A stretch of 26,434 nt of DNA from an uncultured Clostridia bacterium. GTDB lineage: Bacteria > Bacillota > Clostridia > Christensenellales > Borkfalkiaceae. Location: the NCBI GenBank assembly GCA_944369635.1, contig CALVXL010000043.1:1-26434 (forward strand). The letters run 5' to 3'. The stretch's first letter is position 1. The number at the start of each line of letters is the position of its first letter. This document shows, piece after piece, positions 25,655-26,434 of the stretch. The notes beneath the pieces were generated by a model. The model saw only the letters and a list, made by a program, of their open reading frames with translations, made no database searches and was not told where the DNA came from. A program made the translations under genes and the position numbers.

Positions 25655-26323
25655 TTATATATTTTCCTGTTTTTCTTCTTGCAACTTCGCTTCGTATTCC
25701 GCGATTTTATCTTCCTCAATCCCGCGCGTATCGCAAAATTTATCCACACCGAAAAACTGCCGCAAGTATTTATAGTTTTTATAATTCCCGTCTATGACGA
25801 TAAACTCCTTTTCGCGCAATGTTTCCCACGAATAGTCCGCATATTTTTGCAGTTCCTCAATCGTTTCGAGACTCATGGATAGATAATATTTATCGATAAA
25901 CTTTTTTTCCGTATATAAAACGAATGCGGGATATATTTTGGGCGGAAACAAATGCTTTTTGACCACAATCGTATCGTTCAGCGCACTCACATTAAATAAA
26001 TCCAAAAGGTTCGTATAGCTTATTTTCACTTCGCTGCATTTCATTTTTTTATGATTAAAAAAGAAATAATAAATTTTTACAAAACCTTTATCTGCCTTTA
26101 TAAATTTAGGATTTATTTTTTTATCCGTTAAGCTTAACACAATAAACAGAAAAATCAAGATTACAAAAAACCAAACTATTTGGTCTTTTCTCAGGCACAA
26201 CGTCATAATAAAAAGTATTGTCATCGAAATTCCCATACAAATTATTATTACGAGATATGCTTCATGCGTACTATTTTTTGCTTCCGGAAACCATTGAATT
26301 TTTTTTAATTTATCTTTCTTCAT
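25655..26323 (-). CDS. Hypothetical membrane protein with two N-terminal TM helices, 222 aa, AT-rich
   Basis: Two hydrophobic segments (AYLVIIICMGISMTILFIMTLCL and IVWFFVILIFLFIVLSL) followed by a Lys-rich soluble region. No family recognised. Confidence 0.7.
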   Translation of the reverse strand: MKKDKLKKIQWFPEAKNSTHEAYLVIIICMGISMTILFIMTLCLRKDQIVWFFVILIFLFIVLSLTDKKINPKFIKADKGFVKIYYFFFNHKKMKCSEVKISYTNLLDLFNVSALNDTIVVKKHLFPPKIYPAFVLYTEKKFIDKYYLSMSLETIEELQKYADYSWETLREKEFIVIDGNYKNYKYLRQFFGVDKFCDTRGIEEDKIAEYEAKLQEEKQENI

Positions 26324-26434
26324 TTCGCCCCCACAAAGATACTTTTAATTTAATCTTTTTACGTCAACTAAATTTATTATTATGCTCCGTTACTACCGCG
26401 AAAACCGCCTTGAAATTTTTATAACCCATGTCTT

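Overview
Bacterial genomic DNA from a Gram-positive (Bacillota/Clostridia-type) organism, judged from sigma70/sigmaA TTGACA-17-TATAAT promoters, GGAGG ribosome-binding sites and many lipoproteins. A gut Christensenellales/Borkfalkia-like host is my impression only. Four blocks are present. (1) 1-~2930: the end of an AT-richer integrative element, with a sigma70-r4/LuxR-type HTH gene, a 740-bp motif-rich intergenic region and a tyrosine integrase, abutting the 3' end of tRNA-Gln(CTG). (2) 3209-3733: a DJ-1/YajL gene. (3) 3898-21478, minus strand: an apparent ~17.6-kb operon resembling a Gram-positive polysaccharide-utilisation locus. In order it encodes a cytoplasmic BNR/sialidase-like protein, a NanA-like aldolase, an orphan sugar solute-binding lipoprotein, a tandem-duplicated CBM-like lipoprotein, an unannotated 40-aa peptide with a YxxPxL motif, a 1.24-kaa X2/CBM38-like secreted protein, a CBM38-like/GH125 lipoprotein, a CBM32x2/GH130 secreted enzyme and an Fn3x4/GLUG lipoprotein. 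It has no ABC permease, ATPase or regulator. (4) 21811-26323: marR, MATE and cytidylate-kinase-like genes with a shared operator, a 3-hydroxyacyl-CoA dehydrogenase and an AT-rich orphan membrane protein. All family assignments come from motif recognition by eye; no database search was run.
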